A stretch of DNA of 64,000 bases from Christensenellales bacterium (GCA_050945915.1 JBMNTV010000002.1:4599-68598), one strand, 5' to 3'. Positions 9,618 through 19,337 are shown, counted from the first letter of the stretch. Numbers and translations: made by a program. The notes: a model not told the origin generated them from the letters alone.

Positions 9618-9786
9618 AACTTCGTCCCAAGTTGGGACGAAGTTGCAGAAGATGTCTCGGGCAAAAAGCTGAAAAATCAACTTGGGACACTTCGTCCCAA
9701 GTTGGGACGAAGTCGCGGAGCGGTTGATCGAACGAATAAGCTAATAAATTGGTCTGGGTCACTTCGGCCCAACTTGGGCCGAAGTG
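9618..9786. promoter_or_regulatory. Array of three palindromic parS-like sites
   Basis: The sites are 9618-9644 aacttcgtcccaaGttgggacgaagtt, 9689-9713 acttcgtcccaaGttgggacgaagt, and the variant 9760-9786 cacttcggcccaaCttgggccgaagtg. An extra half-site aacttgggac lies at 9679-9688. The same core recurs inside parB. Confidence 0.6.
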
Positions 9787-10017
9787 TTAGGCCGATTGTC
9801 TTGACGGAAATTCGTGCAACTACATTTTAAATTTTCTAGAAATATGAATCCACAGAAGTACGTTGACAGGAAATACGCGGCAATCGATATATTGGAGAAT
9901 TTACTTATTCGTATTATAAGATGTTATCACCGCTATGCTGTTGGCAAGCTTGGAGAAAGGAAACAACGATGACTGATTAACATTGAGAAATTTGGCAACA
10001 TTGAAGCGTTCTGACAG

Positions 10018-10420
10018 TTGGTCCAAAAGTACACAGGCTATCAGAATAGCGACGATCGTCCGCTTTCCGAACTTGCCGCGCATATCCTTATCACCGCCCT
10101 GTTACAGACAATGCCAGCTTCTACCCTGCGAGGCTTGGAGCGGTTCATTTCCGACTCCAACAAGCTATCAGCTTGTTCATGGCATACTCAAACAATATTT
10201 CAAAGAGATTGCTGAGAACGTCATTAAAGTTGAGGACATCATCAATGTTATCGATAACCGCCGTAAGCTGCACAAGGTAACAAAGTCCAAATCCGTGTTC
10301 CCTACAGACGATAGCCTGCTGAAAATGCTGTATCTGGCTATGGTGGACATCACGAGAAAATGGACCGGGCTTGGAGCGTCATCCACGCACAAATGCCGTT
10401 TCTTCGCCGAGCGCATGCCT
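10018..10420 (+). pseudogene. IS256-family (mutator-type) transposase remnant, multiply frameshifted
   Basis: Frame fragments read ...AAHILITALL...LRGLERFI...LSACSWH and ...NRRKLHKVTKSKSVFPTDDSLLKMLYLAMVDITRKWTG / AWSVIHAQ / FFAERMPG. They resemble the C-terminal half of IS256-type transposases but are split over three frames. Confidence 0.5.
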
Positions 10421-10737
10421 GGTTAACACCACAGGCGACGGACGTCAATGGTAAACGAGCGGCTGCGCCGCCCTTGACATCCGCCCCCCCGCTGGGCGTT
10501 GTGTTGCTAACAAGGCGGCAACGAACCAGTCCGCTGCCGCCTTTCAAAATTTTGCTCCGTTTTGCACCCTCGTTTGCAGTTTACACAGAATACGGGATAC
10601 ACCCTAACGACACAGGGCAAGGTCCAACCTTGCCCCTAATTACTAAATGAGATTATTTTGATTTTGAAGAATACACAAAATTTCCAACGCGACGCACAGT
10701 ATATGGGATTGACCCATTTCTGGTCTAGCGAATGATA

Positions 10738-11445
10738 TTAAAACGTGTATTTCGAATAAAGTTCTTCGAAAATAGGTAGATCATCAACAATCTGGAAAGT
10801 GTTGCTTGCACTGACCAAATCAGCTCCTGCAGCAAAAGCACCCATCAAAATTGCCGTCGTCCAGTATTTGCCGTTGCCGGAAGCCTTGAGCCCCATGCCA
10901 AGCTCGTCCGCCTTCTTGCGCAACATCTGAATTCTATGCATCGGTGCGCCTACCTTATTATAGTCATAAGCCTTAATGTGCGTCGCGCCGCCCTCTTTAA
11001 TCGCATCACACATGCGGAACATGTCATCCAAAGAATCGTTACACATAGTGAGAACTTTGATCTCGCCGTCGAAGCTTCCTTTTACAGCACGGACATACTC
11101 TGTAATGAGATCCCATCTGCGCATGGTCCATGCGGACATGTCGGGGTATACATCGATGGAACGGCAGCCTCCTTTGTACGCGATTTCCGCCTGCTTAGCG
11201 GCGGCGGCAGCGGGCATAAGGCCATCTTTAAAGTTGATCGGTGTAGACATAATAACGCCCGAACCATCCAGAAGGTCATGCACAAAACCGTGCCAATGAT
11301 GGCTGGGGGAGAAGATTACACGAAATCCGTACTCAATGCCCTTCGTAACTTGGTCGGTAATTATTTTTTCATCATTGTCCCAAATGACATGTTCCAAGCG
11401 GCTTGCCAGCCATTTTTTGGTTACCAATTCCCCGTTGAGATACAT
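10738..11445 (-). CDS. DeoC-like aldolase-family protein (divergent paralog of the 2-589 gene)
   Basis: 235 aa. Shares GG..(I/V)K, K.SG.G.(Y/F)WT(T/S)AI and the C-terminal I(V/I)DDLPIFEE motif with the aldolase at 2-589. GGAGG RBS precedes ATG 11445. Confidence 0.7.
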   Translation of the reverse strand: MYLNGELVTKKWLASRLEHVIWDNDEKIITDQVTKGIEYGFRVIFSPSHHWHGFVHDLLDGSGVIMSTPINFKDGLMPAAAAAKQAEIAYKGGCRSIDVYPDMSAWTMRRWDLITEYVRAVKGSFDGEIKVLTMCNDSLDDMFRMCDAIKEGGATHIKAYDYNKVGAPMHRIQMLRKKADELGMGLKASGNGKYWTTAILMGAFAAGADLVSASNTFQIVDDLPIFEELYSKYTF

Positions 11446-11697
11446 AATGTTTCCTCCTTCTATATTTAGAAAAGCTGATATGATAGAGTTAAAGATGCTA
11501 TTATGCTCACCATCTCTATGTGCAAGACTATATCACAACAAACCTGTATAGTCAATACTGCAATACGTGTTATACAACTAAGTTTTGACATAGTGCCGTG
11601 CAAAGATAAGAGTGTTGAGATGGTGAAATAAGAAATATGCAAATAAACCCATCGATGTGGCGAGACGGACCATCGCAGACGAGTATGGAGAAGAAAT

Positions 11698-11808
11698 GGT
11701 CTGCCCAAGTCTTTGTACCTGATTGGTAAGCTTTCGCAGTATCCGTTCTCCCGAGGACTGCCCGGCTCAATATAACCCGGCTTAATAATAAATAGTAAGT
11801 TTGCTCAC
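11698..11808 (-). pseudogene. Short remnant of an rve (DDE integrase-core) transposase gene, copy A
   Basis: The minus-strand frame reads YIEPGSPRENGYCES, the P..NG..E segment that carries the catalytic Glu of rve transposases. It is joined directly to ...KDLGRP. Nucleotide-level repeat of 15388-15790. Confidence 0.5.
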
Positions 11809-12005
11809 CTTTTCTGCCTGGCTTTTTCCGTTGCCTCATTGACTTTTTGTTTACGGGCTTAAGGATTCGGCTGGGTGCTCTGGATTTTCCGGGGCGCCCG
11901 GCTTGTATTTTGTATGACGTCCCGCACAACCTTTCACAAGCTCCATGCGCGTTGACCGATGTTGTCATACATGATAAGATTAATAAACATAAGATTTGAA
12001 GGAGC

Positions 12006-12743
12006 ATGCAAATGGCGACAAGAAACCGTTCGATCAGCACAGCAATGGAAGTTTCCCTGCGGGAACGCATTCAAAACGGCGAGTGGGCAGTGGATTGCGC
12101 CGTGCCTTCGGAAAACGAGCTCGCTCGGCAATATTCCGTCAGCCGCATGACTGCCCGCTCGGTGCTCACCCAGCTGGTCGGGGCCGGGTTGTTATACCGC
12201 ATTCCGGGCAAGGGCACATTTGTGGCTCAGGAGCCCACCCTCGTGCTGCGGGATAGGGCGTTTTGCTCCATCCGGGAGCAGCTTACCAAACAGGGGCACA
12301 ACGTTAGTACCCAGTTGCTCAGTATGGGAGAAATCGCTGCTACCGAATCTGTGGCAAAGAAGCTAGATCTGCATGAGAGTGCGCCCGTGTTGCAAGTGCA
12401 TAAACTACGTTTTCTGGAAAGCAAGCCTATCAGCCTACACACAAGCTTCTTTCCTCTTTCTCGTTGCCCCGGGCTCCAGCAATATGATTTTGTGGAGCGA
12501 GACAGCTGTGTTGTTATCGAGGAGCATTACGGTATCAAGCGCGCCCGGGTCAAGGAAACGCTGGAATCCACACTTGCCACGTTCCAGGAAGCGTCCAAGC
12601 TAGGCATTCTGCCTGGCCACCCGTTGCTTCTGCTGGATAGCGTGGTCTATTCAACCGAAAAGTATCCCTATGAATATGCCAAAGTAGTGTATCGGGGAGA
12701 TATGATCAAGATTTCCTTTGATTATGAGGACGACATTCGCTAG
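12006..12743 (+). CDS. GntR/HutC-family transcriptional regulator (winged HTH + UTRA effector domain)
   Basis: Contains PSENELARQYSVSRMTARSVLTQLVGAGLLYRIPGKGTFV, the GntR HTH signature. The C-terminal approx 150 aa are UTRA-like. The alternative ATG at 12012 is better spaced from AAGGAG (11999-12004). Confidence 0.88.
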   Translation: MQMATRNRSISTAMEVSLRERIQNGEWAVDCAVPSENELARQYSVSRMTARSVLTQLVGAGLLYRIPGKGTFVAQEPTLVLRDRAFCSIREQLTKQGHNVSTQLLSMGEIAATESVAKKLDLHESAPVLQVHKLRFLESKPISLHTSFFPLSRCPGLQQYDFVERDSCVVIEEHYGIKRARVKETLESTLATFQEASKLGILPGHPLLLLDSVVYSTEKYPYEYAKVVYRGDMIKISFDYEDDIR

Positions 12744-13070
12744 GTGTATAACAAAATAGTCCGGTAGATTTAATTATACGTACCGTAGATCGTGAAACGG
12801 CATCAGATGGACATATCCCGCCATCGGGGATAAGGCCATCTTTTGCGTTCTCAGGATGCATGATAACGCCCCTATAAAAGCGGCACAAAAACGCGATGGA
12901 TAAGTTATAGTGAGAACATAAATGACGTGTGCAAATCCCCGGCCGAAAGCCATGAGATGCGGTCGCACTCCAGGCAAACGGGAATTCTGGAGATTGGCAG
13001 AACCGGTACCTCTACCTGATGTAGGGTTACACATAATTTGGAATAGCCTCGCAATTTACTCTACACGCAA

Positions 13071-13105
13071 AGAAGAACGCTTCGGATAACCCGAAGCGTT
13101 CTTCT
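13071..13105. terminator. Strong 15-bp-stem hairpin between convergent gntR-type and flavoenzyme genes
   Basis: agaagaacgcttcgg / ataac / ccgaagcgttcttct, a perfect stem. It lies between stop 12743 (+) and stop 13120 (-). Confidence 0.6.
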
Positions 13106-13119
13106 CATTTTGATTCGTA

Positions 13120-15039
13120 TTATGCGTAATACCCCATGCGGAAGCCCGCCGCGACGTTGGTGCGGATGTTGCCCTGCTCCAGCGCGTCGCCGCAACACAC
13201 GGCGTTAATTCCCTTTTCTTCCAGCGCCTGTTGCAACGCGCCGCCCGCCGGGCGCTGGCCGGTGGCAAGAACGATCAAATCGGCCTTGGCGCGCTGGGCC
13301 ACGCCTTGGGAATCGACGTAGTTAACGCCGTCCGGTTCGATGGAAGAAACCCGTGCGCTCACTTGCAGATTGGAGCCGGATTCTTTCAAAATAGCCAGAT
13401 CGCGTTCACGGTGAGTGGCTTCCTGCCCGGCAGAAAGCACTGGGGCCATTTCGATGATGGTGATGCGGTTGCCATGTTCCAGCAAGTATAGCGCCGCTTC
13501 ACAGCCCACGTTGCCGCCGCCGATCACCACCACATCCTTTGCTTTTGGCGTGGGAACGGTTCCGTCCAGCACATCCCATACCCCGACGGTGTGTTCCACG
13601 CCAGGCAGGGGCGGCGTTGCGGGAACCGCGCCCACAGCCACGATCACCTTGTCCGGCGCCAGTGCGGCGACGGAATCTACCGTGGCTTCTGTGTTCAACA
13701 ACACCTTCACCCCCAGCAGTTCAAACTGCCGTTCGAAGTATTCCGCCGTGGTGTTCAGGATTTCCTTGTCCGGCGGCACGCTGGCAATGTTCATCTGCCC
13801 GCCCAGGAAGCCCTTCTTCTCGATCAGGGTGACTTTGTGGCCGCGTTCCGCAGCGGTTTGGGCGGCCTGCATGCCCGCCACGCCACCGCCGACCACCACG
13901 ATGTTCTTGGGCGCGCGCACGGTGGGCAGGTTGCCTTCGTCATAAACGGCGTCAAACCCGACGTAGGGGTTCAGCGCGCAGCGGATGCCACTTTTTTTGC
14001 CCAGCATAGCGTAGCAGCCTTCCAGGCAGTTGATGCAGCGGCGGATTTCGTTTTCTTTGCCGGTGCGCAGTTTTTCCGGGAAGTACGGGTCACAGATCAA
14101 CTGCCGCCCGACGACGATCAGGTCGGCTTCGTTATTTTCCAGTATTTCTTCGCACATCTCTCCCGTGCGGATTTTACCTACGATGGCAACGGGCTTTTTG
14201 ACCACAGGCTTGATCTTTGCCACAAGGGGCCGCCGTGCGCCGTCCGGGCGATCCTGGGTTTCGGTAGCGCCGAACCAGCGGTCTTTGATGCCGGTGGTCA
14301 CGTTGATCATGTCTACCAGCGGATCGGCCAGTTTTGCATATTCTGCGCCCATGTCAATGTCGATTCCGCCGGGGGCCCAATCCTGCACCGCAAGGCGCAC
14401 GCTCAAAAGAAACCCTTCCCCACAGGCGGCACGGACTGCGGAGAGCACTTCGCCCAGGAAGCGGAAGCGGTTTTCCACATCGCCGCCATATTCGTCTGTG
14501 CGGTGATTGGTCAGCGGAGAAAGGAACTGGTTGACCAGATATCCGTGTCCCGCATGAATTTCCACGCCATCCAGCCCGGCCTGTTGGGCCCGGCGGGCAG
14601 CAGCGACGTACTTCTTCACAAGCTGGTCAATTTCTTCTTTTGTGAGGGCGGCATATCCCTTGCCTGCATCTGGCGCGACGGCCACCGACCCTGGCGAGGA
14701 AACGGACCGGGACCCGGCGTGGTGCAGTTGAGCCAGAATCTTGGTACCATAAGGCTTGACGCTGTCGGCAATAGCGTGCAAGCCGGGGATGTCGGTGTCT
14801 TTGGAAAGATCGAGCTGCACGACGGAGCCCATGCCGTGGGGCTGGTCTACCGAGCCGAACTCCAGAATGATCATACCCACGCCCCCTTCGGCGCGCTTAG
14901 CGTAATATGACCGCAGGGTTTCCGTCACGGTACCGTCCGCGTTGCAAAAAAGCGTGTCCATGGCGGGCATCACCAGTCGGTTTTTCAGCACGGTGCGGCC
15001 CACCCGAATGGGGGAAAACAGGTTTTTGTATTGTGTCAT
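13120..15039 (-). CDS. Old-Yellow-Enzyme-family FMN oxidoreductase fused to an FAD/NAD(P)-binding domain (2,4-dienoyl-CoA-reductase/enoate-reductase-like)
   Basis: 639 aa from MTQYKNLFSPIRVG. N-terminal OYE TIM barrel (VMPAMDT, HAGHGYLVNQFLSP). Cys cluster RRCINCLEGC...IRC. C-terminal VVVGGGVAGM and VVIGGGNVGCE dinucleotide folds. GGAGGA RBS precedes ATG 15039. Confidence 0.88.
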   Translation of the reverse strand: MTQYKNLFSPIRVGRTVLKNRLVMPAMDTLFCNADGTVTETLRSYYAKRAEGGVGMIILEFGSVDQPHGMGSVVQLDLSKDTDIPGLHAIADSVKPYGTKILAQLHHAGSRSVSSPGSVAVAPDAGKGYAALTKEEIDQLVKKYVAAARRAQQAGLDGVEIHAGHGYLVNQFLSPLTNHRTDEYGGDVENRFRFLGEVLSAVRAACGEGFLLSVRLAVQDWAPGGIDIDMGAEYAKLADPLVDMINVTTGIKDRWFGATETQDRPDGARRPLVAKIKPVVKKPVAIVGKIRTGEMCEEILENNEADLIVVGRQLICDPYFPEKLRTGKENEIRRCINCLEGCYAMLGKKSGIRCALNPYVGFDAVYDEGNLPTVRAPKNIVVVGGGVAGMQAAQTAAERGHKVTLIEKKGFLGGQMNIASVPPDKEILNTTAEYFERQFELLGVKVLLNTEATVDSVAALAPDKVIVAVGAVPATPPLPGVEHTVGVWDVLDGTVPTPKAKDVVVIGGGNVGCEAALYLLEHGNRITIIEMAPVLSAGQEATHRERDLAILKESGSNLQVSARVSSIEPDGVNYVDSQGVAQRAKADLIVLATGQRPAGGALQQALEEKGINAVCCGDALEQGNIRTNVAAGFRMGYYA

Positions 15040-15387
15040 GTTGCGTCCTCCGAAAATCTTGAGATGGTCGCCGTCGAGACGGAGAAGACCTTTTACACTA
15101 CCTGTTATATAACCGAAGCTGCAAAAAGTCAACATGTATAGCATGTTGTTGACAAGAACCGGGGATTTTATTCACGCAAAGCAAAATATGCCCCCGATTC
15201 TGCACCATATCTTGAGAAAATCGTCTAAAAAATCAAAAATGACTATTGACATGTTATACAAGCGGTGATATGTTTTCAATAACCATTTCGCTGCTGGTGA
15301 ATCCGGTTTGGGACTGATTGATGCTCCAATGCATACGATCATTCCGGAACATCTTGTGCAATCAGCTGCAAAAACGCCAAAGGAGGT

Positions 15388-15790
15388 GGTCTGCCCCTAG
15401 TCTTTGAACAAGTCGGAGTTAGTAAAGTTTGTGTTGGCAAAACGTTCCTTCTTTGTTTGGTTGCATCTTAACATAGGCCGAGGAGGCGCTCAAGGGCGCG
15501 CCAGCGCGTGTATGCGTTTATGATGAATCGCACCCTCAAACGATAAGTTGTGGTTCACTTCATGAAACCGTAAAAAGTATTTTCTACGATGCCGGAGATT
15601 TCTCGCCCAATCCTGCTACGTGGCCTGATTCGTAATGGTTCTTCCAACGTTGGCAAAAACCTACGCCTTATGGAGATTCCCAAACAGCTCGCCGTTGGAA
15701 AATCCATTCGGCATCCGGCTGCTAAGATTTCGCAGTATCCGTTCCCCCGGGGGCTACTCGGCCCAATATAAATAGTAAGTTCGCTCGCTA
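15388..15790 (-). pseudogene. Longer decayed remnant of the same rve-type transposase, copy B
   Basis: The minus strand reads ELTIYIGPSSPRGNGYCE. After frameshifts and stops it continues ...NGELFGNLHKA*VFANVGRTITNQ... and ...KD*GQTTSFGVFAA, resembling the C-terminal third of integrase-core transposases. Both ends match copy A at the nucleotide level. Confidence 0.5.
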
Positions 15791-16387
15791 ATTCTCCTGC
15801 ATGGCGTGCTTCCGCAATACTATCCTCCTAATTACATGGAAACTAGAACTTGCGAAGTCCTGCTCCTCCCCAGACTGTTTCCTTGTCACTTCCGCTAGCT
15901 CCCTTGCTTTGTTGATTATATCTCAACTGACTCTAGGGGTGGTACAAGGATTGGGGGGGAGGGCAATCTCTTTTGCTAATTGCATACGATGATCGCGTTC
16001 TTTTTGAAATCTTGTCATAATTCTCCCGGTATTCTCCCGTTTTCCGTCTTCGATTTCTGAACGCTTTTCCGCTCCGGCCATCTTAGCAGATCGGCCAAAG
16101 CCCAAACATGTGCCCGTAACGGTATAACATGTACAAAATTAACCTGACTACACATACAGGTCGTGATGAGATTTTGCTTAGTGGAAATTGAAACGGGGCA
16201 TTATTTTTAAGTCAACACTGCGCAAAAAACCCAACTAGTCTTACGCATAGGAAAGCGGGCTGTTCGCACCACATGGTGCTCCTATTCTCTGTGCATTGGA
16301 TACCTTGGGACAGTGTCCGAACAGTTCCTTGTGAAGATAAAGTATCGGAGCGTTCATCCGAAATATAAATAGTGAGAGGTATCTTCA

Positions 16388-17947
16388 ATGGCAAACCAAT
16401 ATGTTGTTGGAATCGATGCAGGTACTACCGGTTGCCGGACAGTCATCTTTGATCTGCAGGGCAACGAGATCGGCTCGGGGTATCGGGAGAACCCGTTGAT
16501 CTATCCGCAAGCCGGATGGGTTGAACTTGGAGTCCAGGATATCATCGACAACTGCTACGCATCGACGCGCGAAGCACTGACGAAGACCGGAATCGACCCC
16601 AAAGAGATTGCGTCGATCAGCTTCACCTATATGCGCCCTGTGGTCTGTCTGCGCGGAGAGGACGGAAGCTGGGTCCGTGATATTCAGATGTGGCAGGATA
16701 TGCGTGCCGCACAGGTGTTCCCCTGGATGACCCAGAGGCTCGCTGAGTTTGGCATGACGCCGGACGACCTGTATGATATCACCGGGTTCCCATATTCGAC
16801 TGTGTGGATGTTGGGCAAAATCTGCTGGATACAGCAGAATGAACCTGATGTTTGGGCGCGCGTCAAGCACATCCACAACCTTCACGGTGTCCTCGTGCAT
16901 GCGTATGGCTGCGAGGAGTGGCTCGAGAACAGCGAGGATCTCGGCTGGTGGCAGCTTAACAACTGCGATGACTTCACTTGGAACGAAAAGCTCTGCAAGG
17001 TCTTTCAGGTCGACCCCTCAATGCTTCCCAAGCATGTGCCCACCGGCACAGTCATAGGCGCCGTTTCGCGTGAGGTCGCCCAGAAGACCGGCTTGGCCGA
17101 GGGCACCCCGCTGGTCGCGGGCCTCGGTGACCAGCAGTGCGCCGCAGTCGGCATGGGCAATATCCGTGAAGGAATGGCCTCGCTCGTACTCGGGACCGCC
17201 GGCGTATTGGTCTGCCAGTCCGAGAAGCCGGTTCGTGACCCGAACCGCAAAGCACACGTTATTGGATCCGCTCTCCATAAATGGGAGATGGAGGGCCATT
17301 CAAGCGCCGCGGCGAGCTCCTTCAAGTGGATCCGCCAGACGTTTGGTCACATGGAGCAGGCCACTTCTGGCCTGACAGGCATCGACGTCAACGACCTGCT
17401 GACCGCGCAGGCGGCGAAGGCGAAGCCGGGAGCTCAGGGTCTGGTTTACATCCCGTGGCTCGCGGGTGCGGCCATGCCCTACTATGACACGAATGCGCGC
17501 GGTGCGTTTATCGGTATGACCTTTGGCCACCGCAAGTGCGAGATCTTGCGTGCCGGCATGGAAGGCGTCTGTTGTGAGATGCGCACTATGCTTGAGGCAA
17601 TCCAAAACGCTGGAGTCGCGCCATCCGAATACATCCGCATCGGTGGTGGCGCAGCTCGCTCGTCGCTGTGGAACCAGATCAGTGCGGACGTCTACGGTGT
17701 GCCGGTTGAGACGGTCAAGACACCCGAGAGCACTGCGCTCGGCGCGGCGATGATGGGCGCCATCGGCGTCGGCATCTTCAAAGACCTTAAGGAGGCGAGC
17801 GAAGCGATGGTCCATGTGACTGGCCGCTGGGAACCCATCCCCCAAAACGTTGAGGTCTACAACGAAATCTACCAGATATTCTTGAATTCTTACACCGCAC
17901 TGAAAGAGCAAGTATTCCCTGCTATCGCGAGGTTCCAGGGAGTCTAA
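16388..17947 (+). CDS. FGGY-family carbohydrate kinase (paralog of 863-2428)
   Basis: 519 aa. Contains VVGIDAGTTGCRTVIFD, GDQQCAAVG and GGGAARS. It aligns along its full length with the kinase at 863-2428. Confidence 0.9.
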   Translation: MANQYVVGIDAGTTGCRTVIFDLQGNEIGSGYRENPLIYPQAGWVELGVQDIIDNCYASTREALTKTGIDPKEIASISFTYMRPVVCLRGEDGSWVRDIQMWQDMRAAQVFPWMTQRLAEFGMTPDDLYDITGFPYSTVWMLGKICWIQQNEPDVWARVKHIHNLHGVLVHAYGCEEWLENSEDLGWWQLNNCDDFTWNEKLCKVFQVDPSMLPKHVPTGTVIGAVSREVAQKTGLAEGTPLVAGLGDQQCAAVGMGNIREGMASLVLGTAGVLVCQSEKPVRDPNRKAHVIGSALHKWEMEGHSSAAASSFKWIRQTFGHMEQATSGLTGIDVNDLLTAQAAKAKPGAQGLVYIPWLAGAAMPYYDTNARGAFIGMTFGHRKCEILRAGMEGVCCEMRTMLEAIQNAGVAPSEYIRIGGGAARSSLWNQISADVYGVPVETVKTPESTALGAAMMGAIGVGIFKDLKEASEAMVHVTGRWEPIPQNVEVYNEIYQIFLNSYTALKEQVFPAIARFQGV

Positions 17948-18235
17948 TGGAATACAAATCAATAAATTAGATACAAGAGCATATAGGGAGGGTCGGTTGC
18001 CAAACCTTTAAGCAACTGACCTTTCCGAAGCTTGTGATTACATACATGAAAGAAAGGACACCTAATAGCTCTAGACTTATTGATAATATGAACTGCAGAT
18101 AAAGGTGTTCTGAATCGTCAATGAGCTACCTTTGTTTTAAGAAGTGTTCAAAAAACTATATATAGCACTGCAAGAGAACATCGAACTGGCTGAATCCAAA
18201 GCCGATTCAGGTTGGTTTATAAGGAGGACATCGTA

Positions 18236-18997
18236 ATGGAAAAGAAACGTTTGGAAGGCGAAGTAGCGGCGGTGACCGGCGCAGCGTCGGGCTTGGACCG
18301 TGGAATCGCAATAGAGTTAGCTAAAAATGGCGCAATCGTTGCCTGCTGCGATATTGATGATCAGGGAAATATGAAAACGGTAGATATGATCAAAGCAGCT
18401 GGCGGGCAAGCATTCCCTGTGAAAATGAATGTAGGTGATTCCGCGTCCGTCGATGCTGCTTTTAAAGAAATATTTGATAAGACCGGTAGGCTCGACATTC
18501 TGGTCAATGGCGCAGCTATCTCAAGAAAGCTGCAACTACCCGAATGTACCGATGAGGAATGGGACCTGGTTATAAGGATTAATCTAACTGGTGCGTTTTA
18601 CACCATTCGTGCAGCATATCCCTATTTCAAGAAAACCGGTGGTGGAAAGATCGTGAATATTTCCTCGACCTCAGGTAAAAGCGGAGGGAGTTGGTCGGGT
18701 GCTCATTATGTCGCGTCCAAGGCTGGGGTGATAGGATTGACAAGGTATTGCGCCGGCTATTTCTGCAAGGATAATATCCGGGCCAATGCCATTTGCCCCG
18801 GTGTCGCAGAGACCCCGCTTACTGCTGATACTACGCCTGCAGTCCTAGATAAAATGCTTCAAAACATTCCAATGTGCAGAATGGCAACGCCGGAAGATGT
18901 AGCGGGCGCTGTTTTATTCCTGGTCTCTGATGAAAGCAAATACATTACGGGCATAACAGTAGATGTCACCGGCGGCAGATATATATATAATAACTGA
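18236..18997 (+). CDS. Short-chain dehydrogenase/reductase (SDR)
   Basis: Has the TGAASGLDRGIA Rossmann motif, NGAA and the catalytic YVASKAG (Y-x3-K). AAGGAGG RBS precedes ATG 18236, so the track start at 18212 was rejected. Confidence 0.9.
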   Translation: MEKKRLEGEVAAVTGAASGLDRGIAIELAKNGAIVACCDIDDQGNMKTVDMIKAAGGQAFPVKMNVGDSASVDAAFKEIFDKTGRLDILVNGAAISRKLQLPECTDEEWDLVIRINLTGAFYTIRAAYPYFKKTGGGKIVNISSTSGKSGGSWSGAHYVASKAGVIGLTRYCAGYFCKDNIRANAICPGVAETPLTADTTPAVLDKMLQNIPMCRMATPEDVAGAVLFLVSDESKYITGITVDVTGGRYIYNN

Positions 18998-19111
18998 CAA
19001 TTGTTCAGAGTTCCCATGGAATGAGATACTGCTCCAGCCAATACGAATGAAAACAAAAAACAGGGCTGGGTGGGTCTGATGTGTCCCCACAAAGCTGGAC
19101 AAATGTTTGGA

Positions 19112-19335
19112 TTAAGCAACGGAAAGGGCTTGTTGCCTGTGAATGGCAGGCGGAGGCCCTTTAGCTTTGCTACGGAGGTTGTTGTAATAATCGAGATCGT
19201 CAATTGACTTCCGCTTGAAATGCTCCATTGAGTGCATGGATGACGCTCCAGTCCTGCCGCCGCCCGGTCCATTTTCACGTGATGCAGTTTTGAATTTCGG
19301 TCTGGGGGAATGCCGCCTCGATTGGTCGAAAACCC
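19112..19335 (-). pseudogene. IS3-family (IS150-like) transposase C-terminal remnant
   Basis: The minus-strand frame ends ...SMEHFKRKSIDDLDYYNNLRSKAKGPPPAIHRQQALSVA*. This resembles the conserved ...SMEHFK...YI.YYNN.R.K.KLKG.SP..YR... tail of IS3-family OrfB. It directly abuts the truncated ATPase gene. Confidence 0.5.
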
Positions 19336-19337
19336 GC

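Noticed and set aside
9532-9762. 76-aa minus-strand ORF covering the palindrome array.
   Set aside because: The ORF is produced by the repeated palindromes themselves (peptide echoes VPTWDE / RPNLGR). It has no RBS, and the region is better explained as non-coding binding sites.
9600-9800. Possible mini-CRISPR array (three similar repeats at about 70-bp spacing).
   Set aside because: There are only three copies. Each is a full perfect palindrome, and the third is a sequence variant. No cas genes are present, and the same motif occurs inside parB. A protein-binding site array fits better.
11734-11790. Group II intron domain V / structured-RNA interpretation of the repeated tttcgcagtatccgtt...ggctcaatat block.
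   Set aside because: It could not be folded into the 34-nt domain V helix. The minus-strand translation gives a clean transposase catalytic-Glu motif in both copies, which explains the conservation.
15923-16105. 60-aa minus-strand ORF (MGFGRSAKMAGAEKRSEIEDGKRENTGRIMTRFQKERDHRMQLAKE...) as a possible transposase OrfA.
   Set aside because: No HTH motif is recognisable and there is no RBS. It lies in the decayed IS-remnant region, so it may be a remnant, but that cannot be supported from the sequence alone.
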